NCBI GenBank assembly: GCA_949358305.1
Contig: OX442314.1
Location: 12,524,001-12,588,000, forward strand
Direction of reading: 5' to 3'
Length of the DNA stretch: 64,000 bases
From: Strigamia acuminata
Lineage: Eukaryota
The number at the start of each line of letters is the position of its first letter. Position 1 is the first letter of the stretch. A model generated the notes under the pieces. The model worked only from the letters and a program-made list of their open reading frames with translations. It made no database searches and was not told the origin of the DNA. The translations under genes and the position numbers were made by a program. Positions 12,512 to 24,337 of the stretch are shown here, piece after piece.

Positions 12512-15500
12512 GTTAGTCGTGTTTTAATATGAATTTTTCAAATTGTTTTGTCACTTGGCGGCGCTTTTTTGAAAGATGTTCATTTTTATTTTTTATTTGA
12601 CTTTTTGTTAAAGTTGGAGGTGTTTTGGGTGAATTTTTTTGCGTAAATTAGATGTTGTTTCCTATTTGACTTGGTCTTTAAATGTAAGGTAAGTGGTGGA
12701 CTGGCGCCAGTCCGCGGAAGCTTTGAATTGCTTCACTGCACTAATATAAATGCATTGAGCCAGAACGAGGCACACGAAAAGGGCGTCGAGACGTACTTCC
12801 GCCGTGTGAATTCGTTGAGTGGTCCAAATTGTCAATCATCAAGTTGGGGAAAAATAGTTTGCTCAAGGAATTAAAGGGTAAATTGGAACTTTCTGGTGTG
12901 GTTTTTTCTGATTGACTGTTAATTAAGAGTTTTGGGAATTGATTTTGAATGTTTTTGGCTTCGATCGAATGTTTATTTTTGTTTCGGGATAATAAATTTT
13001 ATTTTTCGTTGTGATGTAAGTGGTCGCAGAGTGGAAAATAAATTAAAGAATTTTTTTTTTTTTTTTTTAGATTCGATTTTTATTCTAGGGAAATTTTTTG
13101 TTTTAAATTTCAATATTTTAGGCAATGCAGCAGTTGCTTGCTGCTTTTGTTAAAGGAAAAATGGGTTAGGCTTGACTGATTCGAGTTTTTATGATTATTC
13201 TCTTCTCTTGCACTTCGTTTACATGCCAGAAAATTTCAAGAGATTTCCTGTGTGATTGGAATTTGCCAGCCAGCCATGTAAACATCAACATCCTTTAATT
13301 TGCATTAAAAAGAAAATCTGCTCTTTTGAAGACGAATATTCATGAGTTTATTTGATTTTCTGTACTCCGTCGTGGTGGGGGAATTAAGTGTCAAGTTTAT
13401 TCCTACTATTCTTTTTCTTCCCTTGTCCAAAAATGTCAATTCGTTAAAGGGAAACATATTTTAGCTTTCTCAGAGAATGAAAAGTTTTTATTATCTATTT
13501 TTTTCCTGACTGAAAAAGAATTAACACTGTTTGGTTTGCATTCATGACGAAAATTGTACACACAAACATTTAAATTTTAGAAATATATAAATAATAAACA
13601 TTCATTTATCTCTGTTTAAACTGTAGAAATGATTCACATGTAAAATAGTAATTTTATTCCAGTTGCTAAGAGATAAAGTGATTGCGGTGCCAGCAGGTGG
13701 AATTTTCGCGCTTAATCAAAATATTAGAAAAAGAAACGTTTATATGCAAACAATTTTTTCACTTAAAAACAAAAACTCATCACGTTTCTGCGGAAAATTG
13801 CAATTTAAAATGTCTTTATCATCAATAGTTTTTTAAGAAAGAGTTTTATCTTATCTTATCTACTGAAATTGCAATTAAATTGATTCCCAAATGGTGGTAA
13901 TGTGATAAATTATCACACAAGTTTTGTGGTGTTAATGCATTGATTTTAAAGAGGGAATTTTATGGGTTGCGTTAAGAGTTGTCATAAGCTGGACGCTTCG
14001 GGTGGTGGGGTTATAGCAATGCTTATGCTAGTAGGAACGAGGATGTGGGAAGAGAATAGCAGTTGTCTGATCCGTGAATCGAAGTCGCGTGTGCCGGAAA
14101 GAGCAAACCCCATGTGGTGAGAAGAAGGGAAATTGCTTCAACTACTCTATTCTGCCTTTTTGATGTCAGATTCATCTGCGTTTTAACTATGACTTTTCAG
14201 TAGGATTGTTAAGCATAATGATTCTTTTGAATAAGTTTTAGTGCGAAATCGCCAAACAGTTTGTAAGGTCGTGATTTCTTTCTTGTAAATATTGTTTGTC
14301 CATCGTCCAGACTGATAAGACAATTGCGAAGATATGAAGCAAAATATTAATTGTATGAATAACAAATAAATGATGTTATTTATGGCTTGTACAAACGTAC
14401 ACAAATTCGGTACTTTAAAGAAAGTTCCGCCAGAGGGCGTGCCCTAATATGCGCACTGGAAAAACCCAAAATAATTGCTGCCCTGCATTTATGGCTGGAC
14501 TAAAACCATAAAGAAATTAGTTTTATTAATTTATTATAATTTATAATTTGTCGGGAAAGCAAGCAATTTTTGAATTTTTTGATTGGTTGTTTTGTCTGGA
14601 AAGCACTCAACATGTATTTTGGCCAACTTTTATGTGTAACTACACCAGTGAAATGGCTCGACCAATGGGAAAAAGTATAATCTTATGGTGAGCCAGAGTA
14701 TAGTCGACAAGAACAGATCTAAGCGGAAGCATTGCGGGCACAAATCAAAACTAATAGCGGCTAAAGTGTTACTTGTGCAAACTAACACAACTGGGAAGTA
14801 AATGGTGATCTAATGTGTCCCAGGCTATATATCAAGCGAGTCATGTTAGGTGTTAGGATTTGTTGCCGTTTACATGTGATAGGTCAAGCAATTACAGTGT
14901 GGTTTTAAGGGAGTTAGACGATGTGAGGCCTTGTGTCTGGCTCCTTTGACATTCGGTCTTTAATATGGGAATTTGAGCACTTTGCTGGTTAAATTGCTTT
15001 AATTTTTCTTGTGGAAACTAAAATAATTGTTATGATTGTTACAGACAATAAGAAAGTCTAAAAGTGAATCATGGGGTCGCCAACTCGTTTATTAAATAAC
15101 AAAAGAGGAGTTGGACACTTGAAATGTGGATTGTGGATTATTAAAATGAGGAAATAAATTTTATATTTCACTTTTCAATATCTGGGATTTGTTATTTAAA
15201 CAAATTTGAACAAATGAATTGATTTTGTTTGAATGTTTGAGGTTTCAGTTGTGGCTTTTACAATGATTAAATTTTGTTTTTTTGTAAGTTTGGGGTAGAT
15301 TTATTCTTTTATTTTTATGGGAAGATGAATTACGATAGAATTTTATTTCTGGTAGATTAGGAGTGGGGAGATGGAATGTGTCAGCGTTTATTGGTTTTCT
15401 TTTTAATTATCGTCTGACGGTTTTTAATCGAGGCAGAAGAAAAAATTGCTAGCAGAGGAAAAACTAAATATTTTTAGTTAGTTTTTTTAAGCTCAAAAAC

Positions 15501-15881
15501 AAACTTTGAGGTGAAGGAAATTGAGTAGCGATAGAAATTACTAAAAGAAAACCAATTTAGGTAAAAGCCGAGAAAACGAGTGCGGGTAATTGTAAATAAC
15601 TTTAATAATTTGAAATTGATGCAAGAAAGTTTGCAAAAACGTTTATGAAAATATTTTTATTTAGAAATTGCTTTCCTTTTGAATTTATTTTATTTTAGTT
15701 GTTTTTATTTCTATTTTTTCACTTTATGCAATTTTGTCCTTTAAACGAGAGGTGTTCCGTGGTTCAAGTAAGAGCTATTTTATCTAGTCTAATGGGTGAT
15801 TGACAACTCACAGTAAAAAATAATAATAATAAAACAAGATTTAAAATAAAATTTCTGCACCTCAACTTTAAGTTTGTTTTA

Positions 15882-15884
<3 letters not shown>

Positions 15885-15940
<56 letters not shown>

Positions 15941-15952
15941 TTTTTTTTTTTT
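15885..15952. repeat. (TTA)n microsatellite followed by poly-T
   Basis: Read directly. A similar (TTA)n tract lies at about 24867-24910. Confidence 0.9.
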
Positions 15953-17354
15953 AGAAATTTTAACTTTTTCTTGTTATCTGAGAAAAATAAATGAACAACT
16001 TGGAGTTATGAGTTTCTACGATGAGTCGGTGAATGGCATCTCGTGGTCGCTAAGACTCGGTAATCTTAATTGACGCTGAGTCTCAGCCGCGGTCTCAACT
16101 TGATGAAGAAGCAAGGATTGATTTTGTATTGCATTGGGAGGTAGATAAAAATGAAATATGTCACGGTTCAAGCTTAAATCGACATTTTTTGTCGATTGAT
16201 GCGAAAATAGCTTCAATCACCTTTTTTCTGTCGTGGTTATTATTTCTGTGTTGCCACTTGCCACTTGTTTTAAAGACTCGATTTAAAGAAGTTGATTTTT
16301 TATTTACTTGTCGCTGTATGATTGGATTTAAAAGATGTCTGCATCATTTATTTAAAAGTGGGAGACTTCAGCCAAGTTTTCATGCTGTGGGTGTGCGGTG
16401 TTAGATTTTTTTAAGCATTTGGTCTTTCTAGTTTGCTGCTGATTGAGTTTCTGTGAGGCGACTTTTTCCGTTGACCCATTCTTATTGTGAGCGTTAAACC
16501 GTAAAAGCTGCTCGTTTTCTCAAGCAAAATAAAACGGGCGTACAGTACAGTAGTGAAAAAGAATGGATGTGGAAGATAACATTACGCTTTTTTCCCTTTT
16601 TTTCAGCGTAAAGATCTTTTACGCAATTTTTACGCTTCAGTTGCACGGGATACCTAAATTGGCACAAAAAATACCAACCAAAAAACGATGGTCACGACTT
16701 AATTGGAGCTTTGTAAATCTGTCTGTATGAGAACATTTTATTGGAGAAAATGTTATTTGGTTTTGTATTTACTTTGCTTTCGCCTCTATTTCTGACGTTT
16801 CATTATTAAGGTAAATGAACTCAGACACCAAACTGGACATGAGTTTACAGTTAACTCGGAAACGGGATATAAAGATAACAATTTCTTAATCTTTTACTTT
16901 TTATTAAAACAAACGACACGTTGGTAATGATTAATTATGGATACAAAGCCTGCACGTCGCGACTAGTCGTTAGTTGTCACGACAAGAGAGAATTGCTAGC
17001 AGTGATCTGTCCCAAGTGACTTTAAGAACGAAAATTGTCTGCTTGAATTTCTATCATAACCAAATAATAAAAGTTAAGACGCAGACAACTTCGAACATGG
17101 TGAAATGCAAAACACTTAAAAAGTTCTTGTGTGGAACGACCTCTTTTATATCTTTGGAAATTAAACTGGACATACTAATATTAATTAATATAATAATAAT
17201 ATAATATAGGGAATAATAATTAATATTGGTTAATGTCATTATAACGAGTTCGGAGCAGTGGAATGGAACATTGAATTTGTAAAACGATTGATTCTATTAT
17301 TATTTATTATTTATATTAATTTTAATAACGAAGCTAATGAAATTAATATTAGTG

Positions 17355-18656
17355 TTAATTAAATTCTAAATCAAAGTTATGAGTTTGAATGAAACTTCTA
17401 ATTATATCCCGACTTGGTTTGTCAATATTTTGACAATTGGAAATCTGCAACTTGTTTAATGGATTTTGCAGTTCTAACAAATGTAAAACTGTTCTACAGC
17501 TAATTGATTGACACATGTTAAGTGATAAATCGTCGAGGTTTTTGAATAAGTTCAAATCAATAAGCTCTGAAAACAAATCATCCGATAAAGCTGCGCAATT
17601 ATAAACAGACAAAGCGCCTAGATTATCCGAATTTGTCAGTAACATTCTCAAGTGTTGCTCGGTTATGCCTTGTCGGTCTGCTATTTGAAAAATTTGAACA
17701 AAACGTAAGTTTTTGAACAACACATTTATCAAATCACAACTGGCTGCTTCGTTGCAAATCGTACAAGCCGTCAATTTTAAAAACTCTAACTTCGGACAGA
17801 AACGGTCGATTTCTTTAATATTGACTCGTTGAATCGCGGTGAGGGTCAAGTCAGTCAATCTTTCCATTGTACTGCACAACAACGATGCAATTCCAGCACT
17901 AAAATATGAGAATATCCGTGATTTTGAGAACAACGAAACGCTATGTAAATTTGGAAATATTTTGGCGAGAATATTTAGATTGTCTTTCACTTCGTACTGC
18001 GATAGCGCTCGGATATCAGAAGTGCTCGGCATTTTGCTGGAATTAAAATCTCGTTCCAGAAGATTAAATATCTCGTCCCAATTCCAGGCATCGCTCTCTA
18101 GTAATTTTAGGAAGGGCAGATTTTTTATGAGTAGAAAACCTCCTTTTCCTGTGATTCTTGTACCGCGAATGTCTAAATATTCAACTTTCGTGTTCCATAA
18201 GTATCGGGCTCCATCATCTGTGACTTTAGCACAATCTGATATGTCGAGGTATTGCAGGGACTCGGTCTTAATGGCGGCTAACATCAAATCTGTACACCAG
18301 ATGTTACTACTTAAACCTAGGCATTGAATGTTGGATAAATGTTGCAGCAATGTCATTGCACAGTCAGTTGGGATGTTCAGTTTTGTCAAGTCTAGATCTG
18401 AAAGGTTTTTACAAACTTGACTTATTCTATCTACAAGTTCGTCTGCATGCAAATTGCTAAAGTTGTACAAACGGTGTAATAATCTCGTGCTGGGCCGAAT
18501 AAAAATGTTGGCGTTCAAAGGATGATCGTCAAGACGCAAGTATATTTCATTAATCAATACGTTGGGAAAACGGAGAAGACTTAACTCGTTGTAATGACGA
18601 CAGATTGTTCTTAGCGATGATTCGCGCAGACTCAGTGGTGGTTTCTTATACGGCAT
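17355..18656 (-). CDS. Leucine-rich repeat protein (433 aa) with N-terminal BC-box/Cul2-box-like motif; putative cullin-RING substrate receptor
   Basis: Uninterrupted ATG ORF. Cys-containing LRRs (LQYLDISDCAKVTDDG, LEFLKLTAC, LDDLSLNMCQSIS, LNKLQISNCQNI). N-terminus PLSLRESSLRTI...FPNVLINEI. Confidence 0.85.
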   Translation of the reverse strand: MPYKKPPLSLRESSLRTICRHYNELSLLRFPNVLINEIYLRLDDHPLNANIFIRPSTRLLHRLYNFSNLHADELVDRISQVCKNLSDLDLTKLNIPTDCAMTLLQHLSNIQCLGLSSNIWCTDLMLAAIKTESLQYLDISDCAKVTDDGARYLWNTKVEYLDIRGTRITGKGGFLLIKNLPFLKLLESDAWNWDEIFNLLERDFNSSKMPSTSDIRALSQYEVKDNLNILAKIFPNLHSVSLFSKSRIFSYFSAGIASLLCSTMERLTDLTLTAIQRVNIKEIDRFCPKLEFLKLTACTICNEAASCDLINVLFKNLRFVQIFQIADRQGITEQHLRMLLTNSDNLGALSVYNCAALSDDLFSELIDLNLFKNLDDLSLNMCQSISCRTVLHLLELQNPLNKLQISNCQNIDKPSRDIIRSFIQTHNFDLEFN

Positions 18657-18903
18657 TGTTTAGAAAACGGACTGGGTGATCGGTTGAATGATTACTGATC
18701 GGTGGACAATCGCTTAAATATATGCAAGTGACTGGAACGTACTGTTGACGTCTAAAAATAAATTTCGAAAATAAAAGCGTTTTTTGATGAAAGAAAGCGC
18801 AGAGAGAACGTACGACTTAAAAAGGTTTATTTTTTCTAATTTTATTTTATTAATTATTTTTTATTGTTGCATTTGGTAAATAGACTTCAATCTTAAAGAT
18901 AAG
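18657..18903. promoter_or_regulatory. Putative bidirectional promoter between the LRR and MATH-BTB genes
   Basis: Divergent ATGs are about 390 bp apart. The minus strand has a TATA-like TATATTTAA (18714-18722) and an Inr-like TCAGT (18694-18698), with slightly short spacing. Confidence 0.45.
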
Positions 18904-19048
18904 GTGAGTTTCTGTTTTAATTTCTGCTTTTGTTTTGCTATCTATGTGTAGATTGAGTAAATTCAGACTTTGTATCGTTGATTGCTATAAGACGGCAATA
19001 TTTTACGATATCCTTAGATTTGAATCGAGTATTCATTCAATAATCACG

Positions 19049-20167
19049 ATGTCTGTTTCCGAGAAACTTTTCTATTTGCTTTGTATTGCAGTTGTATTTC
19101 ACATTGCAAATCCGTCTTCTCTAAATCAAGTAATCAGTTCAGGAACAAATATTGGAATTACAAGCACCGATGAAACACACGCGAAAGCTTTATGGATTCT
19201 TAAGAACTGGACTTACCTAACCTACAGCGGTACAAACGTCGTCAGTCCAGTCTTCAATTTGACCAACGAAGAAGGCCATACGTTTCGATTCAACATCCAC
19301 TGGACAATTCCAGCAACAAATGGAGTAAAACAATTGCAGTTGCAATTTTTTCACTTCGCGACTAGTGAATACACTACTTTGAAATTAAGAGTCGAGTTTT
19401 TCTTTCTTTCTTTCAACGGAACGGCAATTTTAAGCGGCCAATCAACCAATTTCGACAAAGGCGAAATGCATCAGTTGGCAAGAGGCGCATTCATTGATTG
19501 GAATAATTTTTATCGTGTCGAAAAATTAGAAGATTTGTTTCCGATATCATCGTACCCTAATTTACCCATTTTAGTAAACGTTTGGTACTTTTCCAAAACC
19601 ATTGAAACTGTGAATCCTGATTTGGAGGACCTGAAGCTAAGTTTATCCTGGTACGAAAAACAATCGTTTAGTGATTTCGGCTCTAAATTACTCGCGGATA
19701 AAGCATCAGCGGACATCTTGATCTTGCACCCGTCCGGAAACCGGTCAGTTCACGGCAATATAATTAAATCCCGTGCGCCTGGAACGTATCGCAAGTTTAT
19801 TAGGGAGGTACCAATTACGACACAATCTTTTCACCTGAAGAGCGACATTTCGCTGGATCAACTGGACCAAGTTATTCAATTCATTTACACCGATAAAACT
19901 CCGCGCTTGACATCGCCTCTTCAATGGAAGCAACTTATTGCGGCAGCCGCTTATATGAATGTGACCGAGCTACAGGATGTTTGTGTCCAGAACTTGAGTA
20001 AACACGTCAACCTGAGCAATGCATTGGAATGGTATACATTTGCAAAATGTAATAGCATTACTAAATTAAGTAGTTACGTAAACAAATTTTGGAAAGTCAA
20101 TGCCAATGTTATGACCACAGACCAGTGGTCACAAACTTTGGATAAAATTACCAATTTGAATTGCTAA
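19049..20167 (+). CDS. SPOP-like MATH-BTB-BACK protein (372 aa from the first ATG) with predicted signal peptide
   Basis: MATH-like WILKNW..G..VVSPVF. BTB-like ADILI...VHGNIIKSRA and LDQVIQFIYTD. BACK-like AAAYMNVTELQDVC..L...VNLSNA. Hydrophobic N-terminus MSVSEKLFYLLCIAVVFHIANP. A likely 5' UTR intron starts at gtgagt 18904. Confidence 0.85.
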   Translation: MSVSEKLFYLLCIAVVFHIANPSSLNQVISSGTNIGITSTDETHAKALWILKNWTYLTYSGTNVVSPVFNLTNEEGHTFRFNIHWTIPATNGVKQLQLQFFHFATSEYTTLKLRVEFFFLSFNGTAILSGQSTNFDKGEMHQLARGAFIDWNNFYRVEKLEDLFPISSYPNLPILVNVWYFSKTIETVNPDLEDLKLSLSWYEKQSFSDFGSKLLADKASADILILHPSGNRSVHGNIIKSRAPGTYRKFIREVPITTQSFHLKSDISLDQLDQVIQFIYTDKTPRLTSPLQWKQLIAAAAYMNVTELQDVCVQNLSKHVNLSNALEWYTFAKCNSITKLSSYVNKFWKVNANVMTTDQWSQTLDKITNLNC

Positions 20168-20289
20168 AATGTTGTTGTTCTGGAATAATCTTATCTGTAC
20201 CAAAAAATGTACCATTGTTGTTTCAGAATAATCTTATCAATAATCGCAATAAAATAGGGCTGTAGCCTACAATGTGTCACTTAGATTTT

Positions 20290-20291
<2 letters not shown>

Positions 20292-20323
<32 letters not shown>

Positions 20324-20660
20324 TTTCAAACACTCCAATGGAGTAAATACAGAGAGGAAAAATTAAGCAGTGTTTTGAACTTTTAAAACATGAGTGTGCA
20401 GTCATTTACGCATGTGCTTGCAATGGTAACGGCAACGGGAGGCAGAACAGTCAAGGACCGAGGATCTGACATCATATGGAAGATCGTTCCAGAGTGATGT
20501 ACACCGATAGGGGTAGGTCTTTCTAAGATAGGTGGAGATATCGGCGGTAATTTCAAATTTGTGACGTCGGGTGGTACGGGTGTCCAAATCATAATGGTAA
20601 TAATCCACAACGGCTCGTGCAGGAGTTTCTGTGTCTTGTAAACGTTGCAATTGCTCTTGA
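20292..20660 (-). mobile_element. 5'-truncated LINE (CR1/L2/Jockey-like) 3' fragment
   Basis: Minus-strand peptide TRTTRRHKF...YPYRCTSLWNDLPYDV is typical of an ORF2 C-terminus, followed by a (TAAA)n tail at 20292-20322. The 5' boundary is approximate. Confidence 0.7.
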
Positions 20661-21631
20661 TTTGTTAACGAGCACTTGGCTTCATCTATTTGGCAATTAT
20701 CTGTCATCTTTTTTGTTCTTTGAGACGGTCAGTTACGTGGAAGAATGTGTTAGATAATTCTTTCTTTGAGCCTTGTGGGACTGAAGAATGCGCCGACCGG
20801 TTTTTACTTATTACTCACATTCCACTTGACAACACCAGTATAAAAAAAAATGTGAGCTGAGAAAGAGGCGGCTCTCATTGCGGGTTTTAGATGTTTATTT
20901 GCTCTTGGAGAATAATAAAAACGTGGACTTAAAGCGGGGGGAACGGTGTGGGTCTTAGCGGCGTCTGAAATTCAAGTAGAGTTGAATTAAAAAGGCAGTG
21001 GGATGAAACGAAAGCTAAAGAACAAATGAGATGATAAAAATCGACATTGAATAAAATTTTTTTTATATTGACGGGAGAGGCAGAGAGAGAGAGCGAGAGG
21101 ATGATCGTAATCGGAGTCATTTTGTGCGCTCCATATTGTCTGAAAAAGCTCCGCCTTTGTTATAGCTTCACTGCACAGCTCGGAAATTACGAGGGCGAGA
21201 TGAAGGCGCACATGATCTTGATCTTGGAATAGGCGTTGGTTTTATTCATGTAGTATAAGAAGACCTGATCCTCTTGATCTTGATCATTTTACTTAACGCG
21301 TCTCAGTACGATTGGATGACTTTTATTTTATCTCTTTGTGTTCACGTGAAAAATTACACCGGCGAGTGAGAACAGGTAAAGACAAGGATTTTTTTCTCCT
21401 TCCTTTGGAGGAGTTGAAGGGGAATAAAGAAAATGGAATCAGTGAACTTATGGGCGGATTTAAAGTTTTTCATTTATTTAGATCGATTTATTGAAATTCT
21501 TGGAATTTTATTAAATAGACATTGGAAGTTGGAATCAAGAAATCGCAAGGGATATACTAAATGATTTTATTTTTGTTTATTAGAGAGTTATTTTCTTCGA
21601 TCAAAAATACATAGCAACAAATAAATAAACA

Positions 21632-21844
21632 CCGTATTTTACTGATTAAGAGTTGCCCTTGAATAGTAGCTGCGGCTGAGACACCAAGAATACCGTATTT
21701 TTGCAAAAGTACGGTATTGTTTCCGTATTTAACCTCATGAATGATGAACGTACGCTTCGTTCGTGACGAAAAACCGAAATTGTAATTGCTGACAAAAATG
21801 CCAGTTTTGAATAAGAGCCGCGGCTCTTAATCGGTAAAATACGG
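21632..21844. mobile_element. Short Tc1/mariner (pogo-like) MITE
   Basis: CCGTATTTTACTGATTAAGAG ... CTCTTAATCGGTAAAATACGG|TA inverted ends. Confidence 0.7.
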
Positions 21845-22188
21845 TAAATAAATAATTACCAGGAAGTGTCAAATAATTAGAAATTTATACACAAAATGTT
21901 GTATTTATGATTTGATATAATGCATTGTTCTGACACCAGAGTGTGCAAATGTATAATCTATTTTTAGACCTGTGAGAGGATGTGACAACTTCCTGTTAAT
22001 TAAAAATTCAGTGTGTTCTTGTGTTATTTGAAGAAATAAGATGTGTTTTATTTCAAGCTAGATTTGTGATGATTTTTGAACTTTTTGTGTAACTTTTTGT
22101 GTAACTTAATCCTATTTAATTTTGTACTTAGTCAGTATTATCTAAAGTAAATTTATTTATTTATTGATATTTATTTTATTTTTATTAG

Positions 22189-22284
22189 ACAGAATTGTCT
22201 CAAACGTTGCAAGCTTTATCGGAGAAGGCAAAAACTGCAACGGAATTCATTCAACGGCTTAAAGCGACGGCTGACAACATCAAT
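22189..22284 (+). CDS. TRIM9: TRIM9-like exon 2 (coiled coil, 96 nt)
   Basis: ttattag|TELSQTLQALSEKAKTATEFIQRLKATADNIN|gtgagt. A 96-nt phase-0 exon typical of TRIM coiled-coil exons. Confidence 0.92.
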
Positions 22285-22452
22285 GTGAGTACTTTTGATG
22301 TTTACCTTTGTTTTTAACAGTTTTCTCGGGAGAATGAAAAGTAAAGTTTAGGAGGATTTGTTAACATTAAATCTAGATTAAATAAAGCGGCTATTTCTTG
22401 TATCAATTTATCTAGATTTTTTTTACTTTAAGTATGTGTGTATACGGTGTAG

Positions 22453-22686
22453 GTTCGGTGCGAGGAGTTTGAACACGAGTTCACTGCTCAGTGCGATGCG
22501 CTGGTAGAAGCTGTACACTCACAAAGAATGCAGTTAATGGAAATTGTGCAGGCAGAACGCGATTTTAAGCTGCATGCGCTCAAATATCAAGTTGGAATAA
22601 GTACTCAGAAATTACAACAAACAACGGGACTTTTACAATATTCCATTGAAGTTTTGAAGGAAACGGACTTCACTGCATTTCTACAG
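22453..22686 (+). CDS. TRIM9: TRIM9-like exon 3 (coiled coil, 234 nt)
   Basis: gtgtag|VRCEEFEHEFTAQCDALVEAV...KLQQTTGLLQYSIEVLKETDFTAFLQ|gtgatt, open frame. Confidence 0.92.
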
Positions 22687-22748
22687 GTGATTTTTTGAAT
22701 TAATTTTTATTTTTATGGGTGAATGGATAAAATAGTAGTGTTTTATAG

Positions 22749-22899
22749 ATTGGCACTGCACTCATAAATCGCGTGGCAAATATGGATATAACGTGGCATA
22801 AGGAATTGTCATCGGTGCCTTTACATTCCTATCAAATTGATTTGAAATTAGACGTTGCACCTGTGATGAGAGCCATAGAAGAATTAAGCTTCATTGAAG
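22749..22899 (+). CDS. TRIM9: TRIM9-like exon 4 (COS region)
   Basis: ttatag|IGTALINRVANMDITWHKEL...DLKLDVAPVMRAIEELSFIE-G|gtaaaa, open frame. Confidence 0.9.
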
Positions 22900-22954
22900 G
22901 TAAAATGTGTTTGAATTTCTTGTGTTGTGATTAATTTTTTGTTTTTTGTTTCAG

Positions 22955-22981
22955 GTGACAAAGGATTCGTGCAACATGCAG
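22955..22981 (+). CDS. Putative 27-nt frame-preserving micro-exon (GDKGFVQHA) of the TRIM9-like gene
   Basis: Strong acceptor ttttttgtttcag and donor CAG|gtaaat. Phase 1/1, no stop, 55-nt intron upstream. Confidence 0.6.
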
Positions 22982-23766
22982 GTAAATCATTTATTGGGCG
23001 GGGATTATTAATCATAAAAGTTGAATTTTATTAATTTTTTTATTACTCATATCCGTAACTGCCATCTTTTGAAAAATCACCTTCTCGTAAATTTACTCCT
23101 CGTAAAATCCTGACGTTTTTATCGAGCTGGATTTTGAGTAGAAGTTGAAGTTCATGACATTTATGATAAAATTAATGGTCCTACTCCAACTCTTCCTTTT
23201 CGGACAGCGGGTTTTAGTTTCGACAGCTGATAACAACATTAAAAGAAGTGGCATAACTGTCACAGACGATAAAACTTTTTCAATGCAAACAAAATATATA
23301 TTTCTGTTATATTTTTCTTCAAAATAGTTTAAGCATTCTCCAACACTAAAAACTCCTTTTCAGATGATTGTTAGTAAGCGCTGGAGTGCTGAAGTGATTA
23401 TTCATTTGATTGGTTCGCATAGGTCACGTGATAATCACTTCAGCGCAATAATCGTCACAATCGTAATAATCACTTCAGAGTTGTCATTTATGAACCCCCT
23501 TAATGTGAATAAACAGAATAACTTTATTTTGATATTAAGTAACATCTTAATAAATAATCAATAAGTCCCTTACGCGGAACGGACTTACGCTGAACGCATT
23601 CCGTTTCGAGAACTTGTTGGTAAGTTCAGCAAAGGCGTACAAGGTGGAAAAATTGTTAATTCTAATGAAAGAAAACAATTTTAATATTACTTTTAATATT
23701 TTTTATTATTAGAAATAAAGACACACATTAAATAAAATTTTTATTTTTGACTTGGTCAGAATTGTT

Positions 23767-24200
23767 CTATACTCTAGTTGCAGTCAAAAAGGCACTTTAC
23801 AAGATGTCGTCCCATTGGTCGAGCCAGTTTACTGGTATAGTGATCCGGAAAAGTAGACCCAAACACCAGAATTGCATTACAATGTACAGACATTGTAATC
23901 GATTGCCTAGGCAACGGCCAAAAATTCAAAATTCCAGACGAAGTAACCAATAAACATAACAAACATGAGTTTGACATTTTTATACGTGTAAAACTTCATT
24001 TCAATGATGGAAATAATATTTTATATTAAGAAAAATCAAAATAACGTTAACTAAACTAGTCATAACAAGCAAAACAATAAATAAAAATCAAAACTACTTC
24101 TCCTAGTAGTAGTAGTATACAGTCTGGAGTTAGTAGTAAACTGGCTCAACCAATGGGACGACATCTTGTAAAGTGCCTTTTTGACTGCAACTAGAGTATA
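23767..24200. mobile_element. MITE with ~60-bp TIR (TATACTCTAGTTGCAGTCAAAAAGGCACTTTACAAGATGTCGTCCCATTGG)
   Basis: Near-perfect inverted repeat 23768-23830 versus 24140-24200. It probably sits inside an older element with TAAGTCCCT(T)ACG/CGTAGGGACTTA ends (23562-24255). Confidence 0.8.
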
Positions 24201-24337
24201 CGTTCGCATCTTTGAAAGTTCGTAATTTCTATAAAGGTTTGCACGTAGGGACTTACTATAAAAATTTCTTCAGTTTGTTCATTTTACTCCCAATTTTAAG
24301 CGACTTTATATTTTACTCCCCACACCTTATTTATTGG

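Noticed and set aside
12512..12532. ORF-track C-terminus VSRVLI of the TRIM9 ORF
   Set aside because: Read-through into the intron after the gttagt donor.
17839..18327. 162-aa + strand ORF
   Set aside because: Antisense shadow of the LRR gene, with no motif.
18935..19048. 38-aa N-terminal extension of the BTB ORF in the ORF track
   Set aside because: It starts at TTG inside a probable 5' UTR intron. The ATG at 18944 is also intronic if the gtgagt 18904 intron is real, so ATG 19049 is preferred.
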